A stretch of 64,000 bases of DNA from a virus (Duplodnaviria > Caudoviricetes): positions 1 to 64,000 of IMG/VR virus record IMGVR_UViG_3300030099_003199; one strand, written 5' to 3'. Position numbers and translations under genes: made by a program. Shown here piece by piece: positions 18,152 through 28,304 of this stretch; within the stretch, counting starts at the first letter, position 1, and each line of letters begins with the position of its first letter. The notes beneath the pieces are model-generated. The model was not told where the DNA came from and did not search any database. It saw only the letters and a program-made list of their open reading frames with translations.

Positions 18152-19468
18152 TTAAAATCTTTTAAATATATTTTGACTTCTAGGAAGTGTTCTCCTTGTT
18201 GTACTTGGTTTTTCATTTGATGTTACACCACCACTAGCTGCTTTTTTAGTTGACTGAGCAGTTTTTAATTTTCTAACTGTTTGCTCAACTGCTTTATTAG
18301 TTCCTTTAGACATAAGTTGATCTTTATATCCTTTTGGATCAGCTAAAAGCCATAGTGCTTCTGTAACCAAATTATAGTTTGGTTCAACAAATTGATACTT
18401 TTCTAGTAAGTGTCCTAATAAATTGGTTTGTGAGCCATTAATAGATGGATAAGCTGGATTAACTAATCCGTTATATAAAAGAGCTTGAGTCTTTTTATTA
18501 ACTTTCATATCACCTACTTTACCATCTTTAAGTGTATTATACACATTGGCCATATAATTTTCTGATGCTTTTTGCTGTTGAGCTTTTAATTGTTCTTGCT
18601 GTTGTAATTTTCTTGCAATAACTTGCTCTTGCATCTTATCTAATTTTGGTTTAAATTTAGATGCTTGTTTTTCAAGTTTACCTAAATCTTTCCAAATTTC
18701 AATTTCTTCTTGAATATCTTCTGCACTTCCATAACCTGTAGCAGTTAAATATTCTCTAACAATATGTGCTTGACCTTCTTCATTTTCTAATGTTAAATCA
18801 CGCACTTCTTCTGCTTGTGCTAATGCACCAAATAAACCTTTAAGATCTGTACCACCATCTGCTACATATTTTGCAGCAACTTGTAATTCTTGTGGTAAAC
18901 TATTAAAAAATTGTTTTGGTGTTTCTCTTCTAACTTTATTAGCTCTCTCATCCATATTAGCTTGGATAAGTTCTTTCCAGTCTTTTGCAGTATAATCTTC
19001 TAATTCTTTATCATCATCAAAAGGAATAATTTGCTCATCATCAATCATTTTCTTGAAGACATCAGCCATATTACTCATTCTTTTTCTACCTGATGCAGTT
19101 GATTTTTCATCTTCAGATTCAGCTAAATCTAAACCTTCATTTAAAATTTCATCAACCTCTTCTTTAGAAACAACTTCTTCTTTAGTTTTAGTTTCTTCTT
19201 TTTTAACCTCTGCTTCTTTAGCTTCTACTTCTGCTTTTTCTGTTTCTTTTGTTTCTTCTTTTGCCTCTTCTTTTACTTCTTTAACTGCAGTTTCAGCTTC
19301 TGGTTTATCTAAAAATGATAAATCTACTGTTTCTGCTTTTGAAAATACATTAGGTTTTTTTGTTTCTGGAGTAACAACAGAATCAGCACCTGGAGCACCG
19401 TTAAAGATTTCATCCAAGTTTACATCTACTTCTTGTACTGTTGTCGTTTGTTGCATTTTTTCTGACAT
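18152..19468 (-). CDS. Scaffold-like acidic protein
   Basis: 438 aa with an E/K-rich low-complexity N-terminus and coiled coils, between portal and MCP. Confidence 0.6.
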   Translation of the reverse strand: MSEKMQQTTTVQEVDVNLDEIFNGAPGADSVVTPETKKPNVFSKAETVDLSFLDKPEAETAVKEVKEEAKEETKETEKAEVEAKEAEVKKEETKTKEEVVSKEEVDEILNEGLDLAESEDEKSTASGRKRMSNMADVFKKMIDDEQIIPFDDDKELEDYTAKDWKELIQANMDERANKVRRETPKQFFNSLPQELQVAAKYVADGGTDLKGLFGALAQAEEVRDLTLENEEGQAHIVREYLTATGYGSAEDIQEEIEIWKDLGKLEKQASKFKPKLDKMQEQVIARKLQQQEQLKAQQQKASENYMANVYNTLKDGKVGDMKVNKKTQALLYNGLVNPAYPSINGSQTNLLGHLLEKYQFVEPNYNLVTEALWLLADPKGYKDQLMSKGTNKAVEQTVRKLKTAQSTKKAASGGVTSNEKPSTTRRTLPRSQNIFKRF

Positions 19469-19508
19469 AATTATATGGTTTTATTATTATTTACTGGTTA
19501 TTACATAT

Positions 19509-19520
19509 ATAATATACAAA
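19509..19520 (-). promoter_or_regulatory. Putative late promoter motif TTTGTATATTAT
   Basis: Identical copy upstream of the scaffold-MCP unit. Confidence 0.55.
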
Positions 19521-19589
19521 AGTTTTATACCATAAACCATTTAAATTTAAAAAAAAAGAAAGATTTTTTGTAGTATATAGCTAAGTATG

Positions 19590-22355
19590 TTATTTCTTTT
19601 TCTTTTTGTTAGATTCAGTAGTCTTTTCTACATCATATTTGTTTTTATTTTCTCTTGCAATCTCTAAATTTTTCTCAGCTATTTGTCTTTGTGTTGCAAG
19701 TTTTTCTCTTTCAATCTGTAATTTTGACTTATCAAAAGATGTTTTAGTATTTTGTTGTTCACGTTTAAAGTTCATTTGCTCTCTGTACTGATCTCTTTCA
19801 CGTATTTCTTTTAGTGCATCTTGATAATCACTTTGTTGATTTTGATTTATATCTTGCATAGCTCCATATCCTGCAGATCTAATTTCAGCAACAGTAATAT
19901 CTTTTTGAATCATCTTATCTAATTTTTGAGATTCAAATTGTCTTTGTGCTTCTGCTTCTTGAGCTGCAGCTTGCTGTTGTTGTTCAGCCATTTGCTGTTG
20001 TTGTTGCATTTGTTGCTGCTGCTGTTGTTGTTGTTTAACTTCAGCATCTTTAAGAACATCTGTAACTTCTGCTATGCTTGTAGCTTTAATAACATTACCT
20101 AGATCATATATAGATGCTCCAGTAGTATTATTAGTAAGAGCCATTTGTTTTAATTGATCTAGTATTTGTCTATGATTAGTTTTAGTAGTACAAAAAACAT
20201 TAAAATCTCTTAATAAGAGTTTTGTTCCATTAATTTGAAAATTAACTTTTTCTGCTTCAGAAGTAATATAACTTAATCTAACAGAAGGATTAGTACTATG
20301 ATAATATTGAGATAAATCTGTTCTCATTTGATGTACACGTGGCATTAGATGATCTGAATGTTGTGTAAAATACATTTCAGTTTGAGCATATGATTGATTC
20401 ATAGCTTGTGTTACACCTGTTGCTGTTTGTTGTGCTATTGCACCACCTAAACGTTGTGGATTAATACCAATAGATTCAAATGCTTGATTTTTAAAATGAT
20501 TTGCTAATTGAATTCTAGACATTAATCTATTTGTTTGTTCTAGATTTAATGTTTGATAATGATTAAAATTAGTAGCATTTTCTGTATTAGTAATAGAAGT
20601 ATCTAATGGCATCATACCAAAGTCTTTCATTGCTACATAAGCTTTTGCCAAATTATTTTTACCCCAGTCTTCACCCATAGAATGACGTGGTAATGCATTT
20701 TGATCAAACATAATAACAGTTCCTAATTCATCTACTAGAATGTCTGCTATTTGATTATTAACCATATTATATCCAATTTGATATGGTTTCATTAAATCTA
20801 CTAATGATGTTGATCTTGTATTTCTATCTGAAAATACTCTTCCTTCTACAGGTAACTTACATCCATATAGTGAATTATCACCTTTAAATTGATATTCTAT
20901 TCTTCCTGGCTTTTGTTTATTAATACCCAAATATATTGGAGATTCATCTGATGTATCATTTCTCCATGATGTAGGTCCATTAGGTCCTATTTTAATACCA
21001 CCCCATACTTCATTAATCCAAAAGTAATCTATGTGTTCTCCTTGAATTAAATTTTCTTTTGTTTTTTGTTTAAATAATTTAGTATTATATACAGGTTTAT
21101 CTGTTATCTTATATGTTTCATCAACTATTTCTTGCATTAAAGTACCATCTTCTGTAATTCTAGTTAAATGGCCAATTTTTCTTTGTGTTTTCCAATAACA
21201 TGTTGTAACACGCATCATATTATAATCACCCCATGTACTAATATCATCACCTTCTGATAGTATAGCTTGTACAATATCACCTCCATATTGACTAGCATTC
21301 ATGTCAGTATTACTAACTAATTTTCTATATGCTAAACCTGGTTTTTGTGTATTCCATTTATGAGATCTAGTAGGATCATAATAAGATCCATCATTTTGTA
21401 CACCATTATCTAAGTATATAGAATTTGCTGCAGGATAAATACGTTCTAATGATGTAAGTTGATCTTCAGTCATTAAATAACCATACATATCAATTACATC
21501 TGCAACACTCATCATATCACATTTACCAACAAAATTAGAATCAGATATATATCTTGAGTCAGGAGATTTTTGATAAAAAGTTAATGCAGGATTCCAAAGC
21601 TCAACTTCATAATCATCTTCCATCATGCGAAAATGCCAAAACTCTCTATCACAAATAAGCATATCTTTAAATGCTCTTTCTTCTAGTTCTTGCATTTTAA
21701 ATCTTTCTTCATCAACATTTAATTGATGATGAGCCCATTCTTCTACTAAGCTCCTATAATCTTTTGAAAAGAAATCTTGTATTTCAGGAAGTGTTTTTAA
21801 TTTTTCTGGTGCAATATTTTGTTGAAATTCTTCTGATTCAGGATTAGCACCTTGCTGAATCATTTTCATAATCATTTGATTTCTTGCATCTGACAATAAT
21901 GCTTCTTCAATTTGCAATCTTTTTTGCTCAAGCATTTCATTATAAGATGTATCATCAACAGCTCTAAATTGAACTTTAGAGTATCTTTTTGCAAATTCTC
22001 CAGTTAAAACATTAATTACATTTGGTATAATAGGATAAAATTTTAACTCTAAAGCTGTTTCATCTTCTTTAGTTAAAATATTAATAAGATCAGTATAGTC
22101 ATTGTCATCTTCTACAATATAATCTGTTTTATCAATAATACCTTTTGCTAATTTATAATTTTTTAAAATTCTTCTAGCATTATCTCTAAGGTAATCAAGA
22201 CCTCTTTTTTCAAGCCAATCTAAGTTCCAAGATGCCCACTTATCATCTTTATCTTTAGCTGGTAAAAACTGAAGTGGTTGTGTTAATGATGCAGATACAT
22301 GACGGCCGTCTGCTTTTGCACCATTTTTTAATTGCATTGCGCTTAATACTTTCAT
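19590..22355 (-). CDS. Portal protein
   Basis: 921 aa with 'YPIIPNVINVLTGE', 'SLVDLMKPYQIGYN' and a Gln-rich C-terminal coiled coil; adjacent to TerL. Confidence 0.85.
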   Translation of the reverse strand: MKVLSAMQLKNGAKADGRHVSASLTQPLQFLPAKDKDDKWASWNLDWLEKRGLDYLRDNARRILKNYKLAKGIIDKTDYIVEDDNDYTDLINILTKEDETALELKFYPIIPNVINVLTGEFAKRYSKVQFRAVDDTSYNEMLEQKRLQIEEALLSDARNQMIMKMIQQGANPESEEFQQNIAPEKLKTLPEIQDFFSKDYRSLVEEWAHHQLNVDEERFKMQELEERAFKDMLICDREFWHFRMMEDDYEVELWNPALTFYQKSPDSRYISDSNFVGKCDMMSVADVIDMYGYLMTEDQLTSLERIYPAANSIYLDNGVQNDGSYYDPTRSHKWNTQKPGLAYRKLVSNTDMNASQYGGDIVQAILSEGDDISTWGDYNMMRVTTCYWKTQRKIGHLTRITEDGTLMQEIVDETYKITDKPVYNTKLFKQKTKENLIQGEHIDYFWINEVWGGIKIGPNGPTSWRNDTSDESPIYLGINKQKPGRIEYQFKGDNSLYGCKLPVEGRVFSDRNTRSTSLVDLMKPYQIGYNMVNNQIADILVDELGTVIMFDQNALPRHSMGEDWGKNNLAKAYVAMKDFGMMPLDTSITNTENATNFNHYQTLNLEQTNRLMSRIQLANHFKNQAFESIGINPQRLGGAIAQQTATGVTQAMNQSYAQTEMYFTQHSDHLMPRVHQMRTDLSQYYHSTNPSVRLSYITSEAEKVNFQINGTKLLLRDFNVFCTTKTNHRQILDQLKQMALTNNTTGASIYDLGNVIKATSIAEVTDVLKDAEVKQQQQQQQQMQQQQQMAEQQQQAAAQEAEAQRQFESQKLDKMIQKDITVAEIRSAGYGAMQDINQNQQSDYQDALKEIRERDQYREQMNFKREQQNTKTSFDKSKLQIEREKLATQRQIAEKNLEIARENKNKYDVEKTTESNKKKKK

Positions 22356-22356
22356 T

Positions 22357-22473
22357 CTATTCTTGGTTATAAATTATTTCTTCCCCTTCTACATAATTAT
22401 CATAAACATATATATATTGAATATAATAAAATTCATTTTCACATGTAGCAGTTGTTACCCAATCATACATCAT
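22357..22473 (-). CDS. 38-aa Tyr/Glu-rich small protein between TerL and portal
   Basis: Translated by hand: MMYDWVTTATCENEFYYIQYIYVYDNYVEGEEIIYNQE. ATGA overlap with the TerL stop; ends 1 nt before the portal ATG. Confidence 0.45.
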   Translation of the reverse strand: MMYDWVTTATCENEFYYIQYIYVYDNYVEGEEIIYNQE

Positions 22474-24659
22474 TTAATATTTTTAAAAGGATTTCTTCTT
22501 TTTTTAACTATACTATTATTTTTTCTCCTTCCTAAATTACTAAAAGGTCTCATAGATAATTTATACAAATTTTGTGAATTATCCAAAGATTCTAGTGATT
22601 TATCTCTCTCTTTACGCTTTACATAGCCTCTATTTGCTTGTTGCATCTTAGCAAACGCAACTAATGCTGCAAATGATACTAATCTATCCACGTTTAAACC
22701 AGGATAATATTGTAACATTTCTGTAATAAGCATTTTATCAGGAATTCTTTCAACTCCATACTTTACACTTAGTACTTCTCCGTTATCATCTAACTCTTCA
22801 TCTATTGATTCTCTAATAAATTCAATAGCATAAGATATAAGATGACTTTTAAATAATGTACCTGTATTTTTCCAACCATATTCTTGAAATACATTACTAT
22901 TAGAACCAAGATCTTTTAAAAATACCATTTGTGATTTTGGCACTAAATATTTTTGTTTTCTTTTTGAAATCATATATTGAATAAATAATGATATATTGTT
23001 TTCTACAATAGTCCATGCATTATACCATTCAATAATTCTTTCTAATTGTTCATGTGTTTTACTTATATCATCATATCTACCACACCAAGTTGCAACTATT
23101 TTATCTCCTTCTATGAATGTTTCTAGTCCTTCTGGAGTTTCTTTTGTTACTTCTATAGGATTTTTATATACAATAATACTACATAAAGAATCTGATGTAG
23201 TTGTTTTACCTTCTGACACAGGGTCAATAGAAGCATAGTAAGTTCCAAATTCAGGATTTTTTATAGGTCTTTCCCATACAGTAAGTACACCACCTTTATC
23301 TTCTCTTTTTTTATTTACTGGAAATTCAGATATAGGAGTTCTATTTGATTTAATAGGTTTAATTCCTTTTTCATCTCTTTCTAATTCAATAAACTCATAT
23401 GAATATTTTTTATGTTCTATTCTTTGTAATTGTTTAGTAAGAAAACTTTGAGGAAATATAGATGCTTTTCTATATGCAAAAGCTTCTGCAATATTTCTAG
23501 GTTTTTGAGATATACGTAGTTGATATTGTTCTGGATCTAATTCATTTTTCCATTCTTGTCTTTCTATGTCTATAGCTTTTAATGACTCTTCTATAAGTGA
23601 GTTACCATAAGCATCTATATAAGGAGGCATAGACCATTGCTCAGGAATAAATAAACCAGCTATGCCAATTGTACCTTTATCATCTATTAAATCAGTTTTA
23701 ACACCTAAGATACCATTAGCTTCTGGTTGCATAATCATTTTTTTAAGTGGTTCACATTGATCTAAATCACCTACAGAACCAGCTGCTATAAATTGACCAG
23801 TAGTAATCATACCTGATGACATTGCAGGTCTTATATATTCATATGTCTGATCCATCTTAGGTGCAATACCAGCTTCTTCATGAAAGAAATAAGTACAAGG
23901 TCCACCTACACCTGTTGTTGCATTTTTTTCAAATGATGCACCTTGAATTTTAGATCTAAGACCTCTTTGAGTTTTTCTATTATTAACTCTTACTTCAATT
24001 TTTTGCTCCCACAAAAGAACTTTATCTGGATTGTTTGGTCTATACCATGCAGTATGTTGATTAAGAAATGTTGCATATTCATCTAAAAATTTCCAAGAAC
24101 CTTTATCATTAATATAATCTTTTAATGATGCACCTATCTTGCATATTGATCCTTCTTCAAACCAATATTGATTAACAATTTTTGCCATATGAAAATAAGA
24201 AGAAGCAATCTGACGTTTTTTAAGAATAGCTACATGCTTATAATTAATTTCAGCCATAATTTCATATAAGGCCATATGATATTGAGCATCTCTTACTTTA
24301 GCAAAACCATATTTTTTTTCTTCTTTATCAAAGATTGGTAAAAAATTTAACCACATATAGTAGTCACGTGTAATGTACCATGTATTATTTTTACCATGAT
24401 ATATAACACCTTTTCTACATTTATTTTTTTGATCATTCCAATATTCTACAAAATCTTTAGATCTAAATGGTTTATCACAATAAAAACCATTTTTATTAAA
24501 ATTAATTGCTTGCTCATTAAATAATAATGCAGTTTTATCAAAATTATATTTACCAGGTTCTTTAAAAATAGAATCAATAAAAGATCTAAAATCCTCTATT
24601 GATTCAAATTTAGTTTCTGACCATTTGCCATTTTTATATGTAGGTATTGTTTTATACAT
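22470..24659 (-). CDS. terL: Terminase large subunit
   Basis: Walker A-like 'LKKRQIASS', Walker B 'FFHEEAG', nuclease motifs 'ASIDP' and 'IVENN', and C-terminal 'NVDRL', as in crAss-type TerL. Confidence 0.9.
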   Translation of the reverse strand: MYKTIPTYKNGKWSETKFESIEDFRSFIDSIFKEPGKYNFDKTALLFNEQAINFNKNGFYCDKPFRSKDFVEYWNDQKNKCRKGVIYHGKNNTWYITRDYYMWLNFLPIFDKEEKKYGFAKVRDAQYHMALYEIMAEINYKHVAILKKRQIASSYFHMAKIVNQYWFEEGSICKIGASLKDYINDKGSWKFLDEYATFLNQHTAWYRPNNPDKVLLWEQKIEVRVNNRKTQRGLRSKIQGASFEKNATTGVGGPCTYFFHEEAGIAPKMDQTYEYIRPAMSSGMITTGQFIAAGSVGDLDQCEPLKKMIMQPEANGILGVKTDLIDDKGTIGIAGLFIPEQWSMPPYIDAYGNSLIEESLKAIDIERQEWKNELDPEQYQLRISQKPRNIAEAFAYRKASIFPQSFLTKQLQRIEHKKYSYEFIELERDEKGIKPIKSNRTPISEFPVNKKREDKGGVLTVWERPIKNPEFGTYYASIDPVSEGKTTTSDSLCSIIVYKNPIEVTKETPEGLETFIEGDKIVATWCGRYDDISKTHEQLERIIEWYNAWTIVENNISLFIQYMISKRKQKYLVPKSQMVFLKDLGSNSNVFQEYGWKNTGTLFKSHLISYAIEFIRESIDEELDDNGEVLSVKYGVERIPDKMLITEMLQYYPGLNVDRLVSFAALVAFAKMQQANRGYVKRKERDKSLESLDNSQNLYKLSMRPFSNLGRRKNNSIVKKRRNPFKNIK

Positions 24660-24927
24660 CTACAACTTTAGCAACTATATCTTCTTTACGGAATAATAAA
24701 TGTTCTGATCCTTCTGACTCAATAGACATAGGAGTACCAAATTCACTTATTCTAACATCATCTCCAGCTTTTATTTCTGTTACGTCTTCACCTACAGATA
24801 TTACTGTACCTGTCATAGGATCTTCTTGTACAGAATCTGGAATATAAATTCCTGTATTACCATAAGTTTCTTTTTTTTCATGAAGTTTAATTAGGACTTT
24901 ATTGCCTAATGGAATAATTTTTTGCAT
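24652..24927 (-). CDS. groES: Co-chaperonin GroES (Cpn10)
   Basis: 'IIPLGNKVLIK...TGIYIPDS...GTVISVG...IKAGDDV...EDIVAKV'. Confidence 0.92.
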   Translation of the reverse strand: MQKIIPLGNKVLIKLHEKKETYGNTGIYIPDSVQEDPMTGTVISVGEDVTEIKAGDDVRISEFGTPMSIESEGSEHLLFRKEDIVAKVVDV

Positions 24928-24947
24928 TTTTATAGTTTTTATAGTTA

Positions 24948-25466
24948 TTACATTTGATCATAAGCCAAACCTTGTCCACCACGTACTTGACTTTTTTGTT
25001 CATCTTTCATATCATTATATGCTCCTTTAAATGATTGTCTTATTTGTTCAAATTTAGCAGCAGTATTTACTAATGATGTTAAATTACCATCTCTACCATG
25101 CTCTATAGATGTGGTTTCCATATATCTTGCTAATCTATCTAACATAGACTTAATTCCTTTATATGCTCTATATGTAGGCGTTTGATATAAATCCTCACAA
25201 AATCTTATAGCATTTCTTATTGATTCATCTTCTGGTGATTCTTCAAGTTGTATTTCATCTATAATTATTTCTTCTTTTTCATGTTCAGGCATGTTAAAAA
25301 AAGGATTCATGTCAGGATCAGGACATGTCATATAAAAAATATATAAATAAACCTGCATGTGTGTATCAGGATATTTATCCATAATATTTTTTAAAGTTTT
25401 TAACGAATAACAATGTTCTGATGGTATTACTTTACCATTTTGTACATCAAATAATTTTGCTAGCAT
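24948..25466 (-). CDS. Putative terminase small subunit / conserved crAss-like protein
   Basis: 172-aa helical protein ending 'SQVRGG', just upstream of groES-terL. Confidence 0.4.
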   Translation of the reverse strand: MLAKLFDVQNGKVIPSEHCYSLKTLKNIMDKYPDTHMQVYLYIFYMTCPDPDMNPFFNMPEHEKEEIIIDEIQLEESPEDESIRNAIRFCEDLYQTPTYRAYKGIKSMLDRLARYMETTSIEHGRDGNLTSLVNTAAKFEQIRQSFKGAYNDMKDEQKSQVRGGQGLAYDQM

Positions 25467-26293
25467 AGTGGGTTATCTTTAATCCACATTATAAGACTTC
25501 TTACTTCATCTTTTAAATATGGTAAGTGATACATTTTAATTTCTTTAATAATAGGTTCTCCATTAGAATCATATTTATTTATTGGATAACCATATTCATC
25601 ATCTTTTTCTTTTTCAAAAGATACATGTTGTATTGTAAGTTTTCCTGCTTTAAGCTTTGGATTATGTTTAAGAATAATATACATATATAAACTTAACTGT
25701 ATATTATAATGATTTAAATTACAATCATCAAGATGAGATAAAGGTTTAAACATTTTAGATGATATACCTTCCCAGTTTATAAAACCTTTTTCTTTTATTT
25801 CTTTATTAGTTTTATAATCTGTAATGTTTACTTTTCCATTAACAACTTCTACTAAATCTGCTTGACCACAAATACATGCAGATTTTAAATAAGCAAAGTG
25901 TTCTGGATAAACACCAGGTTCTAATTTTTGATTAGGAGCTATTTTAACACCATTAGAATCAACTATTGGTTTTATGATAGGTATTTCTACACCTTCACGT
26001 TCTATTGTCTTAAAATCAAGCATATCAGATTCTCTTTGATTATGATACCAATTACCTAAATCTATAGCTCTTTCACTTTCTTTTTTCCAAATATTTATAA
26101 CTTCTTTAGGTTTAAGTCCATACCATTTTGAGCGTTTATTTTTACAAGATTTTTTTGCAACAGCTTCTTGATCAAATTTAGGTTTAAACTTAGCAATAAA
26201 AGAAGTTACGCTTGTCCAATTTATTTGATCTTTTTCTAAATTTTCATCTAAACTTTGATATATGTGTCCATCTTCTTTAAATACTACAGCCAT
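25460..26293 (-). CDS. PD-(D/E)XK exonuclease
   Basis: 'SVTSFI', 'LGNWYH', 'GQADLV...ITDYKTN', 'YNIQLSLY'. Confidence 0.85.
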   Translation of the reverse strand: MAVVFKEDGHIYQSLDENLEKDQINWTSVTSFIAKFKPKFDQEAVAKKSCKNKRSKWYGLKPKEVINIWKKESERAIDLGNWYHNQRESDMLDFKTIEREGVEIPIIKPIVDSNGVKIAPNQKLEPGVYPEHFAYLKSACICGQADLVEVVNGKVNITDYKTNKEIKEKGFINWEGISSKMFKPLSHLDDCNLNHYNIQLSLYMYIILKHNPKLKAGKLTIQHVSFEKEKDDEYGYPINKYDSNGEPIIKEIKMYHLPYLKDEVRSLIMWIKDNPLC

Positions 26294-26295
26294 GA

Positions 26296-26625
26296 TTATT
26301 TTAAATTTGGATTATTTTTATAGATTTCATTTAAATTATCTTCATCAACTTTTTCCATTACTTTATCCCATTTTTTTTGTGGACATGAGCTAGATAATGA
26401 TCTAGTTTTAAAAGCTAAACTACAACCACAGTCAGAACAACAAGGTTGAGTACCAGGAGCAGCACAGTTATTACCTTTTAAATCTAATGCAGAACATTCT
26501 TTGCAAATTGAATATCTATCTCCAGCAATAATTTCAACATATTCTTTTTTCCAAACATTATTTTTTATTCCTTCATAAACTTGATCTAAATGTTTTACTG
26601 CATTTAATAATTTACCTAGTTTCAT
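26296..26625 (-). CDS. Zn-finger protein
   Basis: 'R..ICKEC...CSDCGC...K......CPQKKW'. Confidence 0.7.
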   Translation of the reverse strand: MKLGKLLNAVKHLDQVYEGIKNNVWKKEYVEIIAGDRYSICKECSALDLKGNNCAAPGTQPCCSDCGCSLAFKTRSLSSSCPQKKWDKVMEKVDEDNLNEIYKNNPNLK

Positions 26626-26986
26626 TTTTCCAATTTTTTTTGTTATTTATTTCATTATTCATGCGTTCTAAAGCTTTTTCCATTTTAATAAGTTTTTCTT
26701 TTACTGGTAAATGCTTACCATAACCAGAATAAGTTGTTTTTTCCATATTACCAAGCATATCTTTATGTCTTTTTATGGATTTTTCAATTCTATTTTTTCT
26801 AATTATAAAAGTACCTAAATTTGGTAAAAGAATTCTTGTATTATCTAACTCTTCAAGATGCTTTCTTATTTCACCGTAAAAGAATCTTACAAACTCTTCT
26901 ACCAAATTTTGATGTACTTCACATTCAGTTGCTACTTCCTTATAAAATACTTTATAAGTTTTTGGTTTTATGTTATTCTTCAACAC
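26612..26986 (-). CDS. HU/IHF-like DNA-binding protein
   Basis: 'KEVATECEV...VEEFV...RILLPNLGTFIIR' matches the HU/IHF fold pattern. Confidence 0.65.
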   Translation of the reverse strand: MLKNNIKPKTYKVFYKEVATECEVHQNLVEEFVRFFYGEIRKHLEELDNTRILLPNLGTFIIRKNRIEKSIKRHKDMLGNMEKTTYSGYGKHLPVKEKLIKMEKALERMNNEINNKKNWKNETR

Positions 26987-27326
26987 TAAGAATTTTATAA
27001 TCTAATAAAATAGTACCGTCAACTTGCAATTGTATGTCATTTGATAAAAGAATTTTTTTATTATCTTTTTCAATTAAGCCTTTGTTTTTAGCTTTTTGAA
27101 TTGCATTTCTGCAAGATTGTGCGCTTTTAAATATTTGTTTTTCTGAAATAACTTTACAAAATTTGTTTAATTCTGTATTTTTTAATTTACCTAATTCAGC
27201 TAAACATTCTAAATCAGCTTTGCTAATTTGAATATTATTTAAAAAACAATAAGTAACTATTTGATATTTAATAATATCATCTCTAGATACTTTAATTCTT
27301 TTATCAACTTTTTTTACGACAGCCAT
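26973..27326 (-). CDS. Putative winged-HTH DNA-binding protein
   Basis: 'SAQSCRNAIQKAKNKGLIEK' recognition-helix and wing pattern. Confidence 0.5.
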   Translation of the reverse strand: MAVVKKVDKRIKVSRDDIIKYQIVTYCFLNNIQISKADLECLAELGKLKNTELNKFCKVISEKQIFKSAQSCRNAIQKAKNKGLIEKDNKKILLSNDIQLQVDGTILLDYKILSVEE

Positions 27327-27937
27327 GTTTTTACAATATCATTGCTGTTAAGTAGAGTATAAGTAAAACTGTTACTCCAAGTATCTCTTGCTTTTCTCAT
27401 GATTTTCATAAAAAATCTCCAATCATCATTATCAGCAATTACTTGGCAACCAGCTGACCACTTATCAATCTGTGTTGACTTTTTTCCAGCATATTTAGTA
27501 GCTCTATGAATATTTATACCAAATAAACCTGTATCTAAATTTTCTGTATTTAAATTATATATATCATCTCTATTATTATCTCTATATACAGTAACAGGTT
27601 TACATTGACCTAAAGCTTCATATCTACCTTGATGTTTTCTAATTTTATGAGATCCTCTATATTGTCCTTCTTTTAGTATTGCAGTACCTTTTGATTTAAC
27701 AATAGGGGCATCCATATAGTGTGATCCTGGATCAGTTGTGCAATCAAATTCATAATACTTCCATACTCCATCTTCTTTAAAAGATATAGTCATAGTATCA
27801 TCAAATCTATTTGTAACACGTCCTTCAGTTTCAGCATTTCTGATTCCTACAATATTTACATTGTAATCACCAGTATCAAACCATTTATAACCTTTTTTTT
27901 CTAAGGTTCTTTTTATTTGTTCTTGACTATACTTCAT
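27314..27937 (-). CDS. Putative cell-wall enzyme/endolysin with a YkuD (L,D-transpeptidase)-like catalytic motif
   Basis: 'GINIHRA....IDKWSAGCQV' fits H-x(n)-S-x-G-C. Also 'NIVGIR', 'TTDPG', 'YRDNNRD'. Confidence 0.6.
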   Translation of the reverse strand: MKYSQEQIKRTLEKKGYKWFDTGDYNVNIVGIRNAETEGRVTNRFDDTMTISFKEDGVWKYYEFDCTTDPGSHYMDAPIVKSKGTAILKEGQYRGSHKIRKHQGRYEALGQCKPVTVYRDNNRDDIYNLNTENLDTGLFGINIHRATKYAGKKSTQIDKWSAGCQVIADNDDWRFFMKIMRKARDTWSNSFTYTLLNSNDIVKTWLS

Positions 27938-28223
27938 CTGACACCTTTTTTAAAGTTCTTTTTACAGGTACTTCATCAGGTGTTTCATTAGATTCTTCAG
28001 TACCAGCTGACATTGCTTGTGCTAAAAACATTTGTGCTTGAACTCTTTCAGCTCTAGCTTTCTCTATGTCTCTTAGACACTCTTCATATTCTAGTTGTGC
28101 CTTTAAATGCACAATGTTTTCTTTGTAGAAGGTTGTTAACTCTTCTCTTTTTGCTGCCATTTCTTCTTCAGACAGTTCAATTTTTTCTTTTGCCATTTTT
28201 TTAGTTTTATGGTTAATATACAT
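27927..28223 (-). CDS. Hypothetical coiled-coil protein (start probably at the second Met)
   Basis: ORF preceded by TATATTTG at about 28226-28233. Confidence 0.5.
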   Translation of the reverse strand: MYINHKTKKMAKEKIELSEEEMAAKREELTTFYKENIVHLKAQLEYEECLRDIEKARAERVQAQMFLAQAMSAGTEESNETPDEVPVKRTLKKVSDEV

Positions 28224-28304
28224 TACAAATATACAAAAAAATAAACAATAAAGGTTTACTTTTTTAAAATACTTTAAAAATTAAATAATAAAAGTTTAGT
28301 TTTA

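Noticed and set aside
19950-20040. CAA/CAG trinucleotide repeat
   Set aside because: It encodes the Gln-rich coiled coil usual at portal C-termini; it is not a separate repeat element.
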